Positions 28,171-41,309 of a DNA stretch of 64,000 nt are shown here, one piece after another (the first letter of the stretch is position 1; the number at the start of each line of letters is the position of its first letter). A program made the translations under genes and the position numbers. The notes beneath the pieces were generated by a model. It worked only from the letters and a program-made list of their open reading frames with translations. It ran no database searches and was not told the origin of the DNA. The stretch is from the human T2T-CHM13v2.0 reference genome, Homo sapiens: assembly GCF_009914755.1 (NCBI RefSeq), contig NC_060944.1; one strand, 5' to 3'.

Positions 28171-29158
28171 TGCCTTGGAAGAAGGAGAAGGGAATGGTGA
28201 AGGAGCGGAAGTGGGAGTGTCTCTGATCCTTGAAGCCTTACTAGAAAGACAGGATAACTGGCTAACTTGGATTCAGCCCCTGCTTCTAGAAGCTCCTTAG
28301 GAAGTCTGGAGAGTGGCTGATCCATCCTGGGGCAGCTAGAGAAGCACTCATGGAAGAGAGGACATAGAAGATGGGGTGTTGTGGGTGAATAGGAGTTCTT
28401 CAGGTAGAGCCAGGGAGAAAGGACATTATTCCTGGCAGAGAACAGCTCATGCAAAGTAGTAGAGAAAGAGCATACTATGTGTTCAGGGAATGACTTGGAG
28501 TCAGTGAGAGGCCCTAGAGGGATGTGTTAGTTCAAATATGACAGAAGTATCTAATTAGATCTTTTCCTTAAATCAATTAAATCAGACTAACCCCTATCCC
28601 CCATCCATTGAATTAGCAGGAAATTCAATTTCAGTCACTACCAAGGCCCTGACCCTTCTGGGGTCCCAAATCCAGGTGCATCTGGCAAATCTTCTCATCT
28701 GTACTCCATGCAGCTGCCACAGCTGCCATCCTGTTTATCTGAGTGCACAGAGGTTCCTGAAGCCCATGACCCTCTCCCACGAGGCCCAACATCTGTGTCC
28801 AGGCGGGACATGCCAGGGCCTGGGGTCTTGCTCAGTGCATGGTGTGGCTGCCTCTTGGGTGTCTGGGGAGGACAATGAGTTGTGATGAGTCCTCACTCCT
28901 GTCTTGTCTGTGTAGCCTGGGAATAATTCCTCCTTTTTGGCCTAGGCCCTCTTTTCCTGACCCTCTGGCTCTGGGTCACCCCTCCAAGTCTTTTCAGTGG
29001 CTCTGAGCTTACTATAAAAGCCAGGAAGAAAATGGGCAAATGCTATTTTTTGTTCTACAAGATCCCAAGAGCAAGGGCATTCAAAAGGCTCTGGGTACCC
29101 GTTCAAAATGTGGAGAAAGAAGAGGGAACATGCACAAAAATCAATCTCTAAAAAAATT

Positions 29159-29455
<297 letters not shown>

Positions 29456-29488
29456 TTATGCTGCCATGGTATGATGCAGGAGGATGAG

Positions 29489-29844
29489 TGCCGTGGTCTG
29501 AATGCTGGCATTCCCCTAAATTCATATGTTGAACCCTAATCCCCAATGTGTTGGTATGAGGAGATGAGGCCTTTGGGAGGTGATTAGGTCATGAGGGTGG
29601 AGCCCTCATGAATGGGATTAGTATAAAAGAGGTCCCAGAGAGCTGTCTTGCCCCTTTTACCATGTGAGGACACAATGAGAAGATGCCACCTAAGGGCCCC
29701 ATTTCCTGGCTCATGCCTGACTCCAAATCTGCCAGTGCCTTGATTTGTACTCCCTAGCCTCCACAACTGGGAAATGAATTTCTCTTGCTTATAAGCCACC
29801 CGGTCTGTGGGATGTTGTTATAGCAGCCCAAATGGACTACAACA
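29489..29844 (+). mobile_element. MLT1A-type solo LTR
   Basis: aaattcatatgttgaa...gattaggtcatgagggtggagccctcatgaatgggattagt...gttatagcagcccaaatggacta. Confidence 0.88.
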
Positions 29845-30540
29845 TAGCAACTGAGCAGGGCATGATAGCTGAAGCCTCAATCTGCAGGGGTTTAAAAGTC
29901 AGGCTATCTAGCAGTGAGGACTTGACCCAGCTAGGGGAACCATGTGGTCAGATATGGGGCTTAGAGGTGGAGCTGAAGAAGATTCTGGAAGGATCATTTT
30001 AGTGGCTTCGGGATATTATAGTCTCTGAGACTGTTGATCTCTGGGGCAAAGACAAAGCCAGGGCTTAAGGTCAAAGCTCTTGAAGCTAAATCCTAAATCC
30101 CTCTGTCTTTCTCTTGGGATTATCCTGGGAGAATGCTGGAATAATAGAGATACCCAGAGGCTACTTTTGCCATTCTGTATCTGCAATATGTGTTGATGTC
30201 TCAAATCTCCTGTATTAGCTTGCTAGGGCTGTTCTAATCAAGTACAAGAGCCTGGGTGGCTGACCAGAGAAATGTATTTGTCTCACATTTCTGGAGTCCA
30301 AAATCAAGGTTGTCAGCAGGGTTGGTTCCTTCCGAGGGCCAGGAGGGAAGGATCTGTTCAGTTCCAGGCTTCTCTGCTTGGCTTGTAAATGGCCGTCCTC
30401 CCCCTGTGTCTCTTCACCTAGGCTTTCCTCTGTGCATGTCTGTGTCCATGTTTCTTCCTCTTAGAAGGACACCAGTCATATTGGATTAGAGCCCACAGCA
30501 ATGACCTCATTTTAGCATGGTGACCTCTGTGAATAATTTT

Positions 30541-30868
30541 TTCTTTTCTTTCCTTTTTTTTTTTTTTTTTTTTGAGACAGAGTCTCGCTCTGTCAATCAG
30601 GCTGGAGTGCAATGGCGTGATCTGTGCTCACTGACACAACCACCTCCCAGGTTTGAGTGATTCTCATGCCTCAGACCCCTGAGTAGCTGAGATTACAGGT
30701 GTGCACCACCACACCTGGCTACTTTTTTTTTTTTTTTTGAATTTTTAGTAGAGACGGGGTTTCACCATGTTGGCCAGGCTGGTCTCCAACTACTGACCTC
30801 AGGTGATCCGCCCACCTCAGCCTCCCAAAGTGCTGGGATTACAGGCATGAGCCCCACCGTGCCTGACT
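30541..30868 (-). mobile_element. AluS
   Basis: Full Alu, apparently inserted at the tail of the adjacent AluJ. Confidence 0.92.
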
Positions 30869-31175
30869 ATTTTATTTTATTTTATTTTATTTTTTTTTCG
30901 AGACAGGGTTTCTGTTGCCCAGGCTGAGTACAGTGGTGCTATCATGGCTCTCTGCAGCCTTGGCCTCCTGGGCTCAAGTGATCCCCCTGCCTCACTCTCC
31001 TGAGTAGCTGGGACTAAAGGCATGCACCACCACCCCCAGTCAATTTTTGATTTTTTGTAGAGACGAGGTCTCGCTATGTTACCCGGGCTGGTCTCGAACT
31101 CCTGGATGCAAGCAATCCTCCTGCCTTGGCCTCCCAAAGTGCTGAGATTACAGGTGTGAGCCACCGAGTTCGGCC
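30869..31175 (-). mobile_element. AluJ
   Basis: (tttta)n tail; ctcctgggctcaagtgatcc. Confidence 0.92.
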
Positions 31176-31609
31176 TCAACTTCTGTAAAGATTTTCTCTC
31201 TAAATAAGATCACATTCTGAGGTACTGGAGGTTAGGACTTCAACCTATGAATTTTGGGGGATGCCATTCAACTCATAGGACCTCCAAACAAGCCTACAAA
31301 ATGCAGAAGTGATGACTATTTTATAAATGAGGAGTTCCAGGTTGAGAGAGGTCAGGCAACTTGCTCAGGGTTTCAAAGCCAGCGAGGAATAGATGGGACT
31401 TAAACTCTGGTCTGCTGAGCTGTGCTGCAGCTGGGTGGGTCCCAGGGCCCCTGTGGAGGCAGAGAGCTGGATTCCTGCTGAAGCTGGACCCTGCTTGTCC
31501 CCTCCCCTGGATTTTTCCCAGGGCAGGCTTCTTAGCCTGCTGGAAGAAGGCAGGGAGGGGAGAGGAGGGATGTCATTCTGAGCATCACTTGGCCAGGCCT
31601 TTTGTCTCT

Positions 31610-32107
31610 CTGTTCATTGCCTGAAATGTGCTTGCATCTTATTACCCAAGCTAGGTAGATTTTTGCTTGGCTGAGCTGAGATCAAAAAGTAATTTTTCTT
31701 TTTGCAACAGCCAATTAGAAATTCATTTATTTTCACATTATGGACATTTGGCAAAAATTTCTTTGGCAATTTAGATCCATTTATATAGTCTGCATAAAGG
31801 GAGACAGTGAGGCTAGGAGAAAAAAAAAAGGCAAGGCCGCGGGCAAAAATTAAATGCCGAATCATGTATTAGAAATGAGATGTATTTACTATTGTTTTTG
31901 AAAATTAATGGTGCATTTTTAGCTTTTATAATGTAATTTAATGATGCAATTCATCTAATAAAAAAGAACACATTTCAACTCAGTCATACAGACCTACTGG
32001 GGCACAGGGCGGAACACCTTTTCCATGGAAAGGGTTTGGAATGAAATGCTTGGGGCCTTTCTCTTTTTCTGTAAGGCAAAAAAGGAAAAGTGGTCTGTCT
32101 GTGTCTG

Positions 32108-32189
<82 letters not shown>

Positions 32190-32300
32190 GCCATTTGGAG
32201 TATCAGTGAGAATCTAATAAAAAGGACATTTTTCTTTTGCCATATTGGTGTTTGTGCTGTGTTATAGAAATCAGCCTTTGATTCTGGAATGTTAGAGGGT
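31610..32300. promoter_or_regulatory. Candidate conserved non-coding element
   Basis: Repeat-free AT-rich island with many TAAT/ATTA cores (ccaattag 31711, aattaatgg 31903, gtaatttaatgatgcaatt). Confidence 0.45.
32116..32187. repeat. Compound microsatellite (TC)20(TG)16
   Basis: Direct count. Confidence 0.97.
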
Positions 32301-33181
32301 GTTGGCTGCCCCAGCCTGCTAAGCCCTAGATGGAAAGACCCTGGTGGGTGGGGAGGAGAAAATGGCCTTGGAGCTGTGTCGAGGTTGGTCCCCCCTGGAC
32401 TCTGAGGGGGTGTGGGCAGACTGGGCATCCCTCCGGAGGAATTGGCCACACTTGCTGGATTTGGAACCCTGTGAGCCTCCTGGGTCCAATGCATCTCTCT
32501 CTCTTTCAAGTCCAAGGGCCTGATTTTCACTTGCCATTGCTCCCAATTTTGAATTAAGGCAAGAACGTCCCTCTTTTCGCAAAGAGGATGACTGGAAGAG
32601 AAACGAGGGCAGGGAGGGAGGGGGAGGCAGGGAGGGAGGTGAGGCAGGCAGGCCCTGACCGAGCTCCTAGGGTGAGTTGGGCACAGTGGCCACTGCTTTG
32701 TTGCGCTCCCACCCTGCCACTAGAATGTCAGCTCTTGAGGATGGAGTACATTTCCTGTCTTGTTCATACCGATCCCCAGCCCCACAGTATACCATATACA
32801 CTCATTAGATACTTTTTGACTGCAGAGTGGCAGATAAACCCTGGGTTAAATACATTATGTAAATGTCTGCTTAACTCTCACTCCAATACCATGAGAAGGT
32901 GGGTACCACGACTACCTTGTTTAATAGGAGGGGACACATTGGCTCAGACAAGTTAGGGAACTTTCTGAAGTTCACTCATCTGTTAAGTGGCAGGGCTGAG
33001 ACCTAACCCATGACTATCTCACTCCCAAGTACTTGCTCTTAACCACACCAATGTATGCAGTGAATGAAAGAATAATGTTAAGTATGAATGACAGGAGGGC
33101 TGGCCTTTCTGAAGGTTACCAAACCAAGGGGCTGGGATTTGAATTCAAATTTTTTGATTCCAAGTTAAGAACTTCTTTCTG

Positions 33182-33486
33182 GGCTGGGCACAGTGGCTCA
33201 CACCTGTAATCTCAGTACTTTGGGAGGCTGAGGTGTGCAGATCACTTGAGCCCAGGAGTTTGAGACCAGCCTGGGCAACATGGCAAAACCCCGTCTCTAC
33301 CCAAAATACAAAAATTAGCCAGGCATGGTGGCAGGTGCCTGTAATTCTAGCTACTTGGAAGACTGAGGAGGGAGCATCACTTGAGCCCAGGAGGTTGAGG
33401 CTGTAGTGTGGAGGATTGTGCCATTGCACACCAGCCTGGGCAACAGGAGCAAGACTGTCTTAAAAACAAAACATAAAAACAAAAAA
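33182..33486 (+). mobile_element. AluJ
   Basis: gatcacttgagcccaggag in both arms. Confidence 0.93.
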
Positions 33487-33549
33487 CTTTCTGCTACCCT
33501 ATGTACCCTCAGCAGGAGGGAGGAAGCTGTGGATAGGAAAAGGAGTTTG

Positions 33550-33648
33550 GCAGGAGTTCAAGGTTACAGTGAGCTTTGATCGTGCCACTGCACTCTAGCC
33601 TTGGTGACAGATTGAGACCCTGTCTCTTAAAAAAAAATAAAAAGAAAA
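33550..33648 (+). mobile_element. Alu right-arm fragment
   Basis: caggagttcaaggttacagtgagc...ccactgcactctagcct...A-tail. Confidence 0.85.
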
Positions 33649-34606
33649 GGGGCTTTGGGGCAGGGGGAAGATGAGGGCCATTAGCGTGGGAGGCCAGGGG
33701 ACACATAGGCCTAGGGGTCTTCCAGGCATGGCGATCCCTGAGGGAGGTGACCAGGGATAGGGTATATAGTTATCCCAGGGGTCAAAGGAAATGCCCAAAC
33801 CATTTGTATTCATTTGTTCAGTGATTATTTACTGAACATCTATCAGATGCCTAGGACTCACCTGACCTTTTGCAGCTTGAATTTCCTCACTTGTAAAACA
33901 AGGTGAATCCTTCAAAGTATTTCTTGACAAGGCGCACTGTTGGTGTTTTGAATGGAACAATCTTACTCCTCGGTCTGAATGGCACTTCCCCACCCTCCCA
34001 CACACGTGGTGTTCTCTGATCATGGGGAGATTCCTAAATGCTCCCAGATACCCTCCTCGAATGGAAACGGAGGCTTTGTAGGGCTGCTGGGAGGACTCAA
34101 CAGGACAAGCTGCAGGAAGGCGCTGTGAACAGCCTGGTGCACAGGAGGCTTGTCATGCTTCCTTTGACATCTCCCTTTCCCTTGCCTCTCTCCCTTTCTC
34201 CTTCCTCCAGCCCCACAAATCTGCTCTGAGCATCATTTTGAGCCATTGACCCTGCTGCTACCCAGCCAGGCTGTCAGTCAGCTCCCTCCTCCTGCCTCCA
34301 CCTCCCTCTGCTCCCCTGTCCTCGCAGACCTGCGCCTGGCTGCAGTCCCTGCACGTGGGCTCAGCAGCTGTGGACATTCTGCCACCCCAGCCACCGGCCC
34401 CAGCATGACCCAGGCCCTGCCCTGTCACTGAACCTTGGCGGGAAGGTCAGTTATTTCCTTCCTTTTTAGGAGGAGAGCTCTGCCCTTTGGGTGCCTGCCC
34501 TGGTGCTGTACCAGCCTCGGATCTGGGATTTTTGCATTTTGGGGCTGCCTAGAGAAGTTGCCAAGCAGGCATGGTAAATAGGCCTCTGAGTGTTTGGAGT
34601 CTAGAA

Positions 34607-34715
34607 CTCCACTGTCCGATTTGGTAGCCACTAACTGTATGTGGGTCCCGAGCACTTGCAATGTGAATTGGGGTGTGCTGTAGTGTAAAACACACATGGA
34701 ATTTGAAGGCTCTAG
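34607..34715. mobile_element. MER33/MER3-like fragment
   Basis: ctgtccgatttggtagccacta...tgtgctgtagtgtaaaacacac. Confidence 0.65.
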
Positions 34716-35439
34716 TGCCCTTGGGGTGCAAGCAGCTGAGTGTCACACCTCTTTATTTTATTTTCTTGGATTTGATTCGGGGTGGCTGGGCACTAGATTG
34801 GCCCAATATCAGTTACATAGGATGATCCCTTCCCCTGTTTGAGCCATGTAAATCCATAAACTTGGATATATCCTCACCAGACTCCCAGAGTTGGGATTCT
34901 GATTGCCAGCCCTGTAACACCAGAGCCTCTTCACTTCCAAGGAGCAGAGGGGGCTTCAAAAGGGAACATGCACACCCCCTCCCTCTTCCTAGGTCCCAGG
35001 ACTTCTAGGGAAACCCTTTCCATCCCCTGATGCCCAGCTGAAGAGCCAGGGATGGGGATTGAGGGCTTCTTCCGTGGAATCTCAGAGCACTTGACAGACC
35101 CTGTGTGTTTCATTCCAGACTTTTTGCCCACTGCCCTTCTTGGCCTGAGCCCCTGGATGGCTGCACACTGCCCGATGCACTTTTGTGCCTCCCTGGGCCA
35201 GGCACAAGTCTCACACCCAGTGGTGTGGTTCAAAGTGAATTGAGGTTGTCAGTTCTGCAGAGGCATTTTTGCAAAGGCCCTGCATGGAGGTGCCAGGTAT
35301 GAAACTGATTTAAATCACATCCTGGAGCCCCCAAGCAGGTAGGAGCTGGTGGCAGAAGTTTCCATGTCTTAGTACAGGTCCTCTGCCTCTGACACACATG
35401 CTGAGGGACACCTATGTGGTGATTCAAGGGAATCTTGCA

Positions 35440-35640
35440 CCCACTGGGCTCTGTGCTGCATGCTTTATACACATGTGCTCACATTATCTTCTCAACAACT
35501 GTACTTGGTAAGGCTACAATGATCCTCACTTTGCAGATGAGAAATTGAGCTCCCGAGAGGTTATAAAAAACTGGCTGAAGTCACACAGCTGGCAAGAGGC
35601 AAAACTAGTATTGGTCCTCAAGTTGTGTGACCCTAGAACC
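35440..35640 (-). mobile_element. MIR
   Basis: ctttgcagatgagaaattgag...aagtcacacagctgg. Confidence 0.75.
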
Positions 35641-35659
35641 ACAATATAGCAATTCTGCT

Positions 35660-36160
35660 TCTCACAGGTACACATGTACAGACCCAAAGACACATGGAAA
35701 TACAAAGACATAGGTATACATAGATGAACATGCATATATAAAATGCAGAGATCCATATAGATATGCGGACAGACATATATGGACATACCCACGTTCCCAT
35801 GGCTACTCAGATATAAAAATACTCCTATCCATGTACCCACATTCATACCTCCATGTATACTATGCACATACCTATGCATACACCTCATATACAAATATAC
35901 ACATGGCTACTCTGACATAAAGGTATACACACATGCACACACTACACATATTTGCACTTGGACATGACCACAAATATGCAGAGTTGAAAGTCCCCCCTCC
36001 TACCACACACACAAGCATATAGTGAGGCTTGTATACCCAGATATTTAACTCCTGCAGAAACACACACACACACACACACACAATCTTGACACACTTCTAA
36101 GAACGCCTGCCCCCAGGTATACAGAACAGCCCCTCCCCCAGTATACACTCACAGGCACTC
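35660..36160. repeat. Degenerate CA/TA tract including perfect (AC)n at ~36060-36082
   Basis: Direct reading. Confidence 0.7.
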
Positions 36161-36164
36161 ACTC

Positions 36165-36510
36165 AAGCCCAATGATCCAATTTAAACTGAAAAGGGAAAA
36201 CCAAGTTGAAAATTAGAGGGGAAAAAAAAAGTCCTTCAGAAAGTATAAAGCTAATAGGCTGCAAGTGGTGAGCCTGCTGCCTTCACGATATCAATAACTC
36301 AGTATTGGATTTCCAAAAAGACATCACATAATTTTTCAATGAGAAATCCATGAGCCCTGGAGATGCTGTTATGGTGTGAATTACAATGCACACGCTTGTC
36401 AGCCGTCCCCGTCAGCACTTTCTCGGATGCCTTAACGGGCAGGAAGTGCTGTGGCTGCAGCAGGGATGGTTATTGTTATTATTTCTTCCTTTTGGAGCCT
36501 CAAATTAAGA
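36165..36510. promoter_or_regulatory. Candidate enhancer
   Basis: TGTCA 36397, MAF half-site gtcagcactttt 36411, MYB taacgg 36433, ETS caggaagt 36440; several retained CpGs. Confidence 0.45.
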
Positions 36511-38835
36511 ACCTGGGAAGCCAGCAGGTCCCTTTCTCCTCCCTCCCCTCCTCCAATTGTACCCAAATCAAGAAGTTTTCCTGCTTGATATATTCTTTAG
36601 TGTATTCTTCAGCTCTCAGCCTCCCCTCCCCTGTCCTGGAGCCCTAATTCTGGGAGAGACTGACACCTGGGGCTTAGGAACTAGGGTCAGGATACGTGGG
36701 TGGGGGCCACCCTCTCTATGGAGCTCGGGCTTGTTTAAGACTTCCTTGAGTGTTGTGGAAATGATAAAAACTGCTTTTCCATTTCCGTCACTTGGACCCA
36801 GGGATTTTTTATTGAGCAGAATCAGCCTATTGGGCATTGCTTTCTCCTGAGGTTGCCTTCGGGGCAGGACTTTGGTTCAGTAAGAAGAGCAGGGGTCCAT
36901 GGGAGGGATGTCAGGAATGATCTGGACAGAGGGCATAGGGCATCTTTCCTGAGCATATTTAGGAGGAATTTGGGTGGCCAAGAGAAAGGATCTGAGCAGA
37001 CCACCCAGGAGTAGGAAAAGGGGGCTTGGGCACTAGGGGTGGGGTTGGGGTGGATTGTGGAAATTGTTTTATTCAGCTCAACTCTCCTGGGCTTTTCCCA
37101 TTCACCATGAAAAGAAGATCCTCCAATTAGTCACTGGTCCCAGAGTGTGAGCCCCATGGAACATACCTGAAAGTGACCTGCAGTCAGGAGCAAAGCCAGT
37201 CCTGCTGACTGCAGACCCACGAGTATTGTATACCGTTGAGCCACTTGGGGCTGTTTGTTATGCAGCATTATGAAACAGAAATCTGAGGAGCACAGGGACT
37301 TCTCCGTACCTTCATGACTCCCTGGGCTGAGCCCACTGTAGCACTGTGGCTCGTGGTCTAGAATCACCTCTGTCTCTAACTAGTATGAGGTTTAGGGGTT
37401 AAGAGTGGAATCCCAGTCTCTGGGTTCAAATTCTGGTTTTGATTATAGTATTGGATAAGTCATTTAACTCCTTTTTGTGTCACTGCCCATTTCATAGTCT
37501 CCCGTTTCTCCATGCATCATTCGGGTGGGGACCAGAGGCACCTAGCCCTCAAATCAGGAAAAGGGTGACTCCTTCCCTGGCAGCCATCCCTCCAGCCTGC
37601 TCAACAGCCAGACTCCAGCTTCACATGCCTTTTTGTGCCTCCAGGCCATCGGTCAGGTTGTCCCCTTCCTGAAGCTTCCTTCTCACCCTGACAGCTTCTC
37701 CAGATCCCTTGAGGCCTGGATTCAAATGTCACCTCTTTTCCCTGAGCATCCTGAAGCAGATGACAGTTGCCCAAACCTCTCCTTGTCACTCCTGGATTGT
37801 GCTGTGCTGTGGTTATTTGCTTGTTGCCTTCAGGCCTGGGATGGGCTGGGACTGATCAGTTGACCCTCTGGCTTCTTGCCAGAGTTTTTAGCAGGAGACA
37901 CACAGCATCCTGTACCCTCCGTCTCTTCCTCCCCTACTGAGACTTGATGCACCCCTCACCAAGGGAAGGTGAACTGATCCTGCCTGCTAAGTTGCTCAGT
38001 ACATAATTACATACCTATCACGGCATGGGGCTTTTCGGTGTACTTATCCCAGCCCTGATCTCCAGGGTGGGTATGCGGGATGGAGGCAGGGAAGAAGTGC
38101 TGAGCCCTTGCCTGTGGGAAGGAAGAGGAGGGTGATGTCAGGAGGCAGCAAGGCCCTGAGGAGGAGGGATGGGGGGTCACCTGCTGGGTGAGCTGGCCTG
38201 GGGTTCCCTGGGAGCTTGGGCCCTTCATTAACAGTTTGAGGCACGGAGACCTCAGGTCTGGACTTCTTCCACCACTGACTCACTTCTTGTCTGGCTTGAA
38301 GTCTACATTCAAATATGTTGTTTCCTTTCCCTGAGCATCCCAAGCAGATATTAGCCCTGCACCTGAAGCTCCCAAGTTCCCTCCATATCTTGGTGACACT
38401 CAAGTACCATACTCTGAAATGGCGGGGTGGGATGGGGGGCATCAAAAGACACTAGAACTTTGATTTCCAGTTTTCTACATTCCATAGGCAAGTAAAATAA
38501 AACAAATGAAATACCCAGAGGAGATACCCTTATGTAAAGAGCAGGCCATATCTTTTCTAAGTAATGATGTATAAAACAGCTGTCTTCTTTTATTATTACT
38601 ATTTCACAAAAGAAAGAATAGTTTAATAGTAAAAACTGGGAGAAAGATATGGTCTCAGAATTAAGCTTCTCCCAAGAAAGGAGAGGGAGCAATGGTGCAC
38701 AAATGTGAATATCATCTATATTGTGGAGATGTTAGAGCAAAAGAGAAATTGCTAAAGTATTCAACAGAGAAATATCAAATGCCCCTAAATAAAATGTATA
38801 GATTGGAGGAAGAAATTTTCAGTGTGTGCAGAAAC

Positions 38836-39129
38836 GATGATGATGATGATGAGGATGAGGATGATGGAGGTGATGATGGTAAGGACGATGATGATGAAGA
38901 TGGGGTGGTGATGATGAAGGTGGACATGGTGATGATGATGGTGATGAAGATGGAAATGGTGGTGGTAATTATGGCGATGAAGATGTTGGTGGCTATGGTG
39001 ATGATGGTGCTGGAGATGGCGATGGTGATGGTGCTGATGGTGATGATCATGGAGATGGTGATGGTGTTAATGATGGTGCTGGAGATGACAGTGGCAATGC
39101 TGATGATGGCAATGGTGATGGTGATGATG
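38836..39129. repeat. Degenerate (GAT/GGT)n trinucleotide tract
   Basis: Direct reading. Confidence 0.92.
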
Positions 39130-39205
39130 TCTGACCTTTGTTGAGCTCCTACTGGGTAATAGGTACTGTACTCCATGGATTATCTTATTTAAGACTTAAC
39201 CCCAT

Positions 39206-39660
39206 GTATTATATTCCTGAAGCCGCTGCAACAAATTACCACAAACTAGGTGATGTAAGACAACAGCAATTTATTCTCTTATAGTTCTGGAGACCAGAAG
39301 TCTGAAATCAACTCTGGGCTGCACTCCCTCTGGAGGCTGTAGGGAAGAATGCTTCCTTGCCTCTTCAGCTTCTGGTGGCTGCCAACATTCCTTGGCTTCC
39401 TTGGCTTGTGGCCACATCACTTCAATTTCAGTCTCCCTTTTCACACTGCCTTCTCCTTTGTGTATGTCCTCTTCTGACTTATATAAGGACATTTGTCTCT
39501 GGATTTAGAGCTTATTCAAGTAGTCTGTGGTGATCTCATCTCAATATCTTTAGCTTAATTTCATCTGCCAAGGTCTTTTCTCCAAAAATAAGATAATATT
39601 CACAGGTTCCAGGGACATGGACATATCTTTTTTTTGAGGGGTCACTGTTCAACCCACTGT
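39206..39660 (-). mobile_element. MLT1C-like solo LTR
   Basis: acaaattaccacaaact...cagcttctggtggctgcc...ttccttggcttgtggccacatcac...ttcacaggttccaggg. Confidence 0.88.
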
Positions 39661-40633
39661 ATCCCATTTTATAGGCAAGGAAGCTGGATGTCAGATTCTT
39701 TAAACTAGGTAAAAGTTGTACAATGATCAAATGGCAAAGAAAGAATCTGAATCTGACTCTAGAGCCTTGGGACTTCATCCTTATGGAGACAGGGTAAAGA
39801 AGAGAGGCTGTGTGGAACATTTACCTCCCATCTGTGTGTGGGGGAGAGGAGGTGCTTCAAGGCCATGTCAAGCTCTTCAAGGCCATGTGATGTAGGAGGG
39901 CTGGATTTGGTCTTAGGTAACAGGCTCCAAGGTTTAGAGCCAGCAGGTCACAAGCAGAGGAGGTAGGGGTTCGGGGGGTGGGGGTAGTTAGAGAAAGGGC
40001 AGATCCATGATTTGGGGGACTTCTTAGGGAGCAGAATTACAGAGTGTATGATCATGTCACCAAGCCCAGATGAGAGATGGCTTAGAGGAGAGCAGATTAT
40101 AGAAATCGAGATGGAAAATGGGGAAGGGATAAAAATGAGTCAATTTGGTCTAAAAGCAGTGGACAAAGAATCCATAATGTATGAGGAAGTAAGTAGATAT
40201 CTACCCATGTGTCATTTATAAATTCTTTCTATAACAGAGCACCTACCTGGATCACATGAAAGGATGCTAAAATTTACAGAAACAGGTAAAGAGGCATATT
40301 TTGGGGGTAAAGAACAGCAATATTCATTTGCTCTGTGGGACATTGCTCACATTTACTCACAGTAGCTTCCTGTGAATACTTACCTGTCTCCTGTGAGATC
40401 TTATGGGGGCAGGGTGGGCAGAGTCAACTTAGACATGTTGAAAGCTGTCCACACTTCTTCCCTCTGGGGCTGGAAACCTCAGCTTGAGAAGGAAAGGAGA
40501 GAGCTGGGTTTATAACATCTTGGGATGGTTCAAGAAGGAGCTCACGCCTGTCTTATGCCCAGGGCAGGTGTGATCTCTTCTGGGTGTCTCCCTAGAGACT
40601 CAGTTCCGCCTTTGGGGAAATAAGATGTCAATG

Positions 40634-40816
40634 CCATGGGGCATATGTGCCTTGTCCATGAGGCATGGGTGCCCTGTCCATGGAACACAGGCACTCTGTC
40701 CATGGGGCATAGGAGCCCTGTCCGTGGGACACAGGCACCCTGTCCATGGGGCATAGGAGTCCTGTCTGTGGGACACAGGCACCCTGTCCGTGGGGCATAG
40801 TGACCTTGTCCAGGGG
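40634..40816. repeat. Minisatellite, ~8.3 x 22 bp with a 44-bp higher-order dimer
   Basis: Alternating ccatggggcataggagccctgt / ccgtgggacacaggcaccctgt. Confidence 0.93.
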
Positions 40817-41196
40817 GTGATGCTGTATTCGCCTTGTCTTCAAGGATTCTGATGCCTACCACAGCAGACTGCAGACTTTCGTTTCAGCTGAAACGTCTCT
40901 ACCTTTATGTGTTGGTTTTCACATAAGAATTTATTTAAGACAAGAGATGAACAAAGTTTCCAGAGTACAGCATGATAATGATCTGTCTGGGAATACTTAT
41001 TTTTCCTGCGTGACCCCAGGCAGACCTAGGGCCTATCCAGTGTGGTCACATATAGTTACAAAGGCCATGCCCTAATAGCCCCTGGGGTTCCCCTTCACAT
41101 GTCAGCAATGTGAACTGCACCACCAAGAGATGTGAAGTGTGCTGGTCCTGGATCTGCCTCTAGCTTTGACTGTGCACCCCGGGGTCCCCAGGCTTG

Positions 41197-41215
41197 GTGC
41201 TCCCTCTAGTGGCAG
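41197..41215 (-). promoter_or_regulatory. Candidate CTCF site
   Basis: Minus strand CTGCCACTAGAGGGAGCAC, 13/14 match to CCASYAGRKGGCRS. Confidence 0.6.
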
Positions 41216-41309
41216 GGTAGTTGTGGTCTGTAAGCTCTCAGTCTTGTGATGCCATCAGGAGCTCCAGAACTGGGAACAAGTTTTGGGGAGCCTGCATCCC
41301 TGGTCTGAC

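Larger units (their letters stand above)
30211..31280 (-). mobile_element. MLT1B-like LTR split by two Alus
   Basis: tgtattagcttgctagggctg...aaggacaccagtcatattggattag | tcacattctgaggtactggaggttaggacttcaac. Confidence 0.85.

Noticed and set aside
31690-31712. Polypyrimidine plus CAG resembling a 3' splice site
   Set aside because: No convincing downstream donor or reading frame; such motifs are common by chance.
36411-36431. gtcagcactttctcggatgcc as a canonical RE1/REST site
   Set aside because: Spacing is wrong and the GGACAG right half is missing; better read as a MAF half-site.
38692-39176. Asp/Met/Val-rich and Ile/Thr/Ser-rich ORFs
   Set aside because: Translation of the (GAT/GGT)n repeat.
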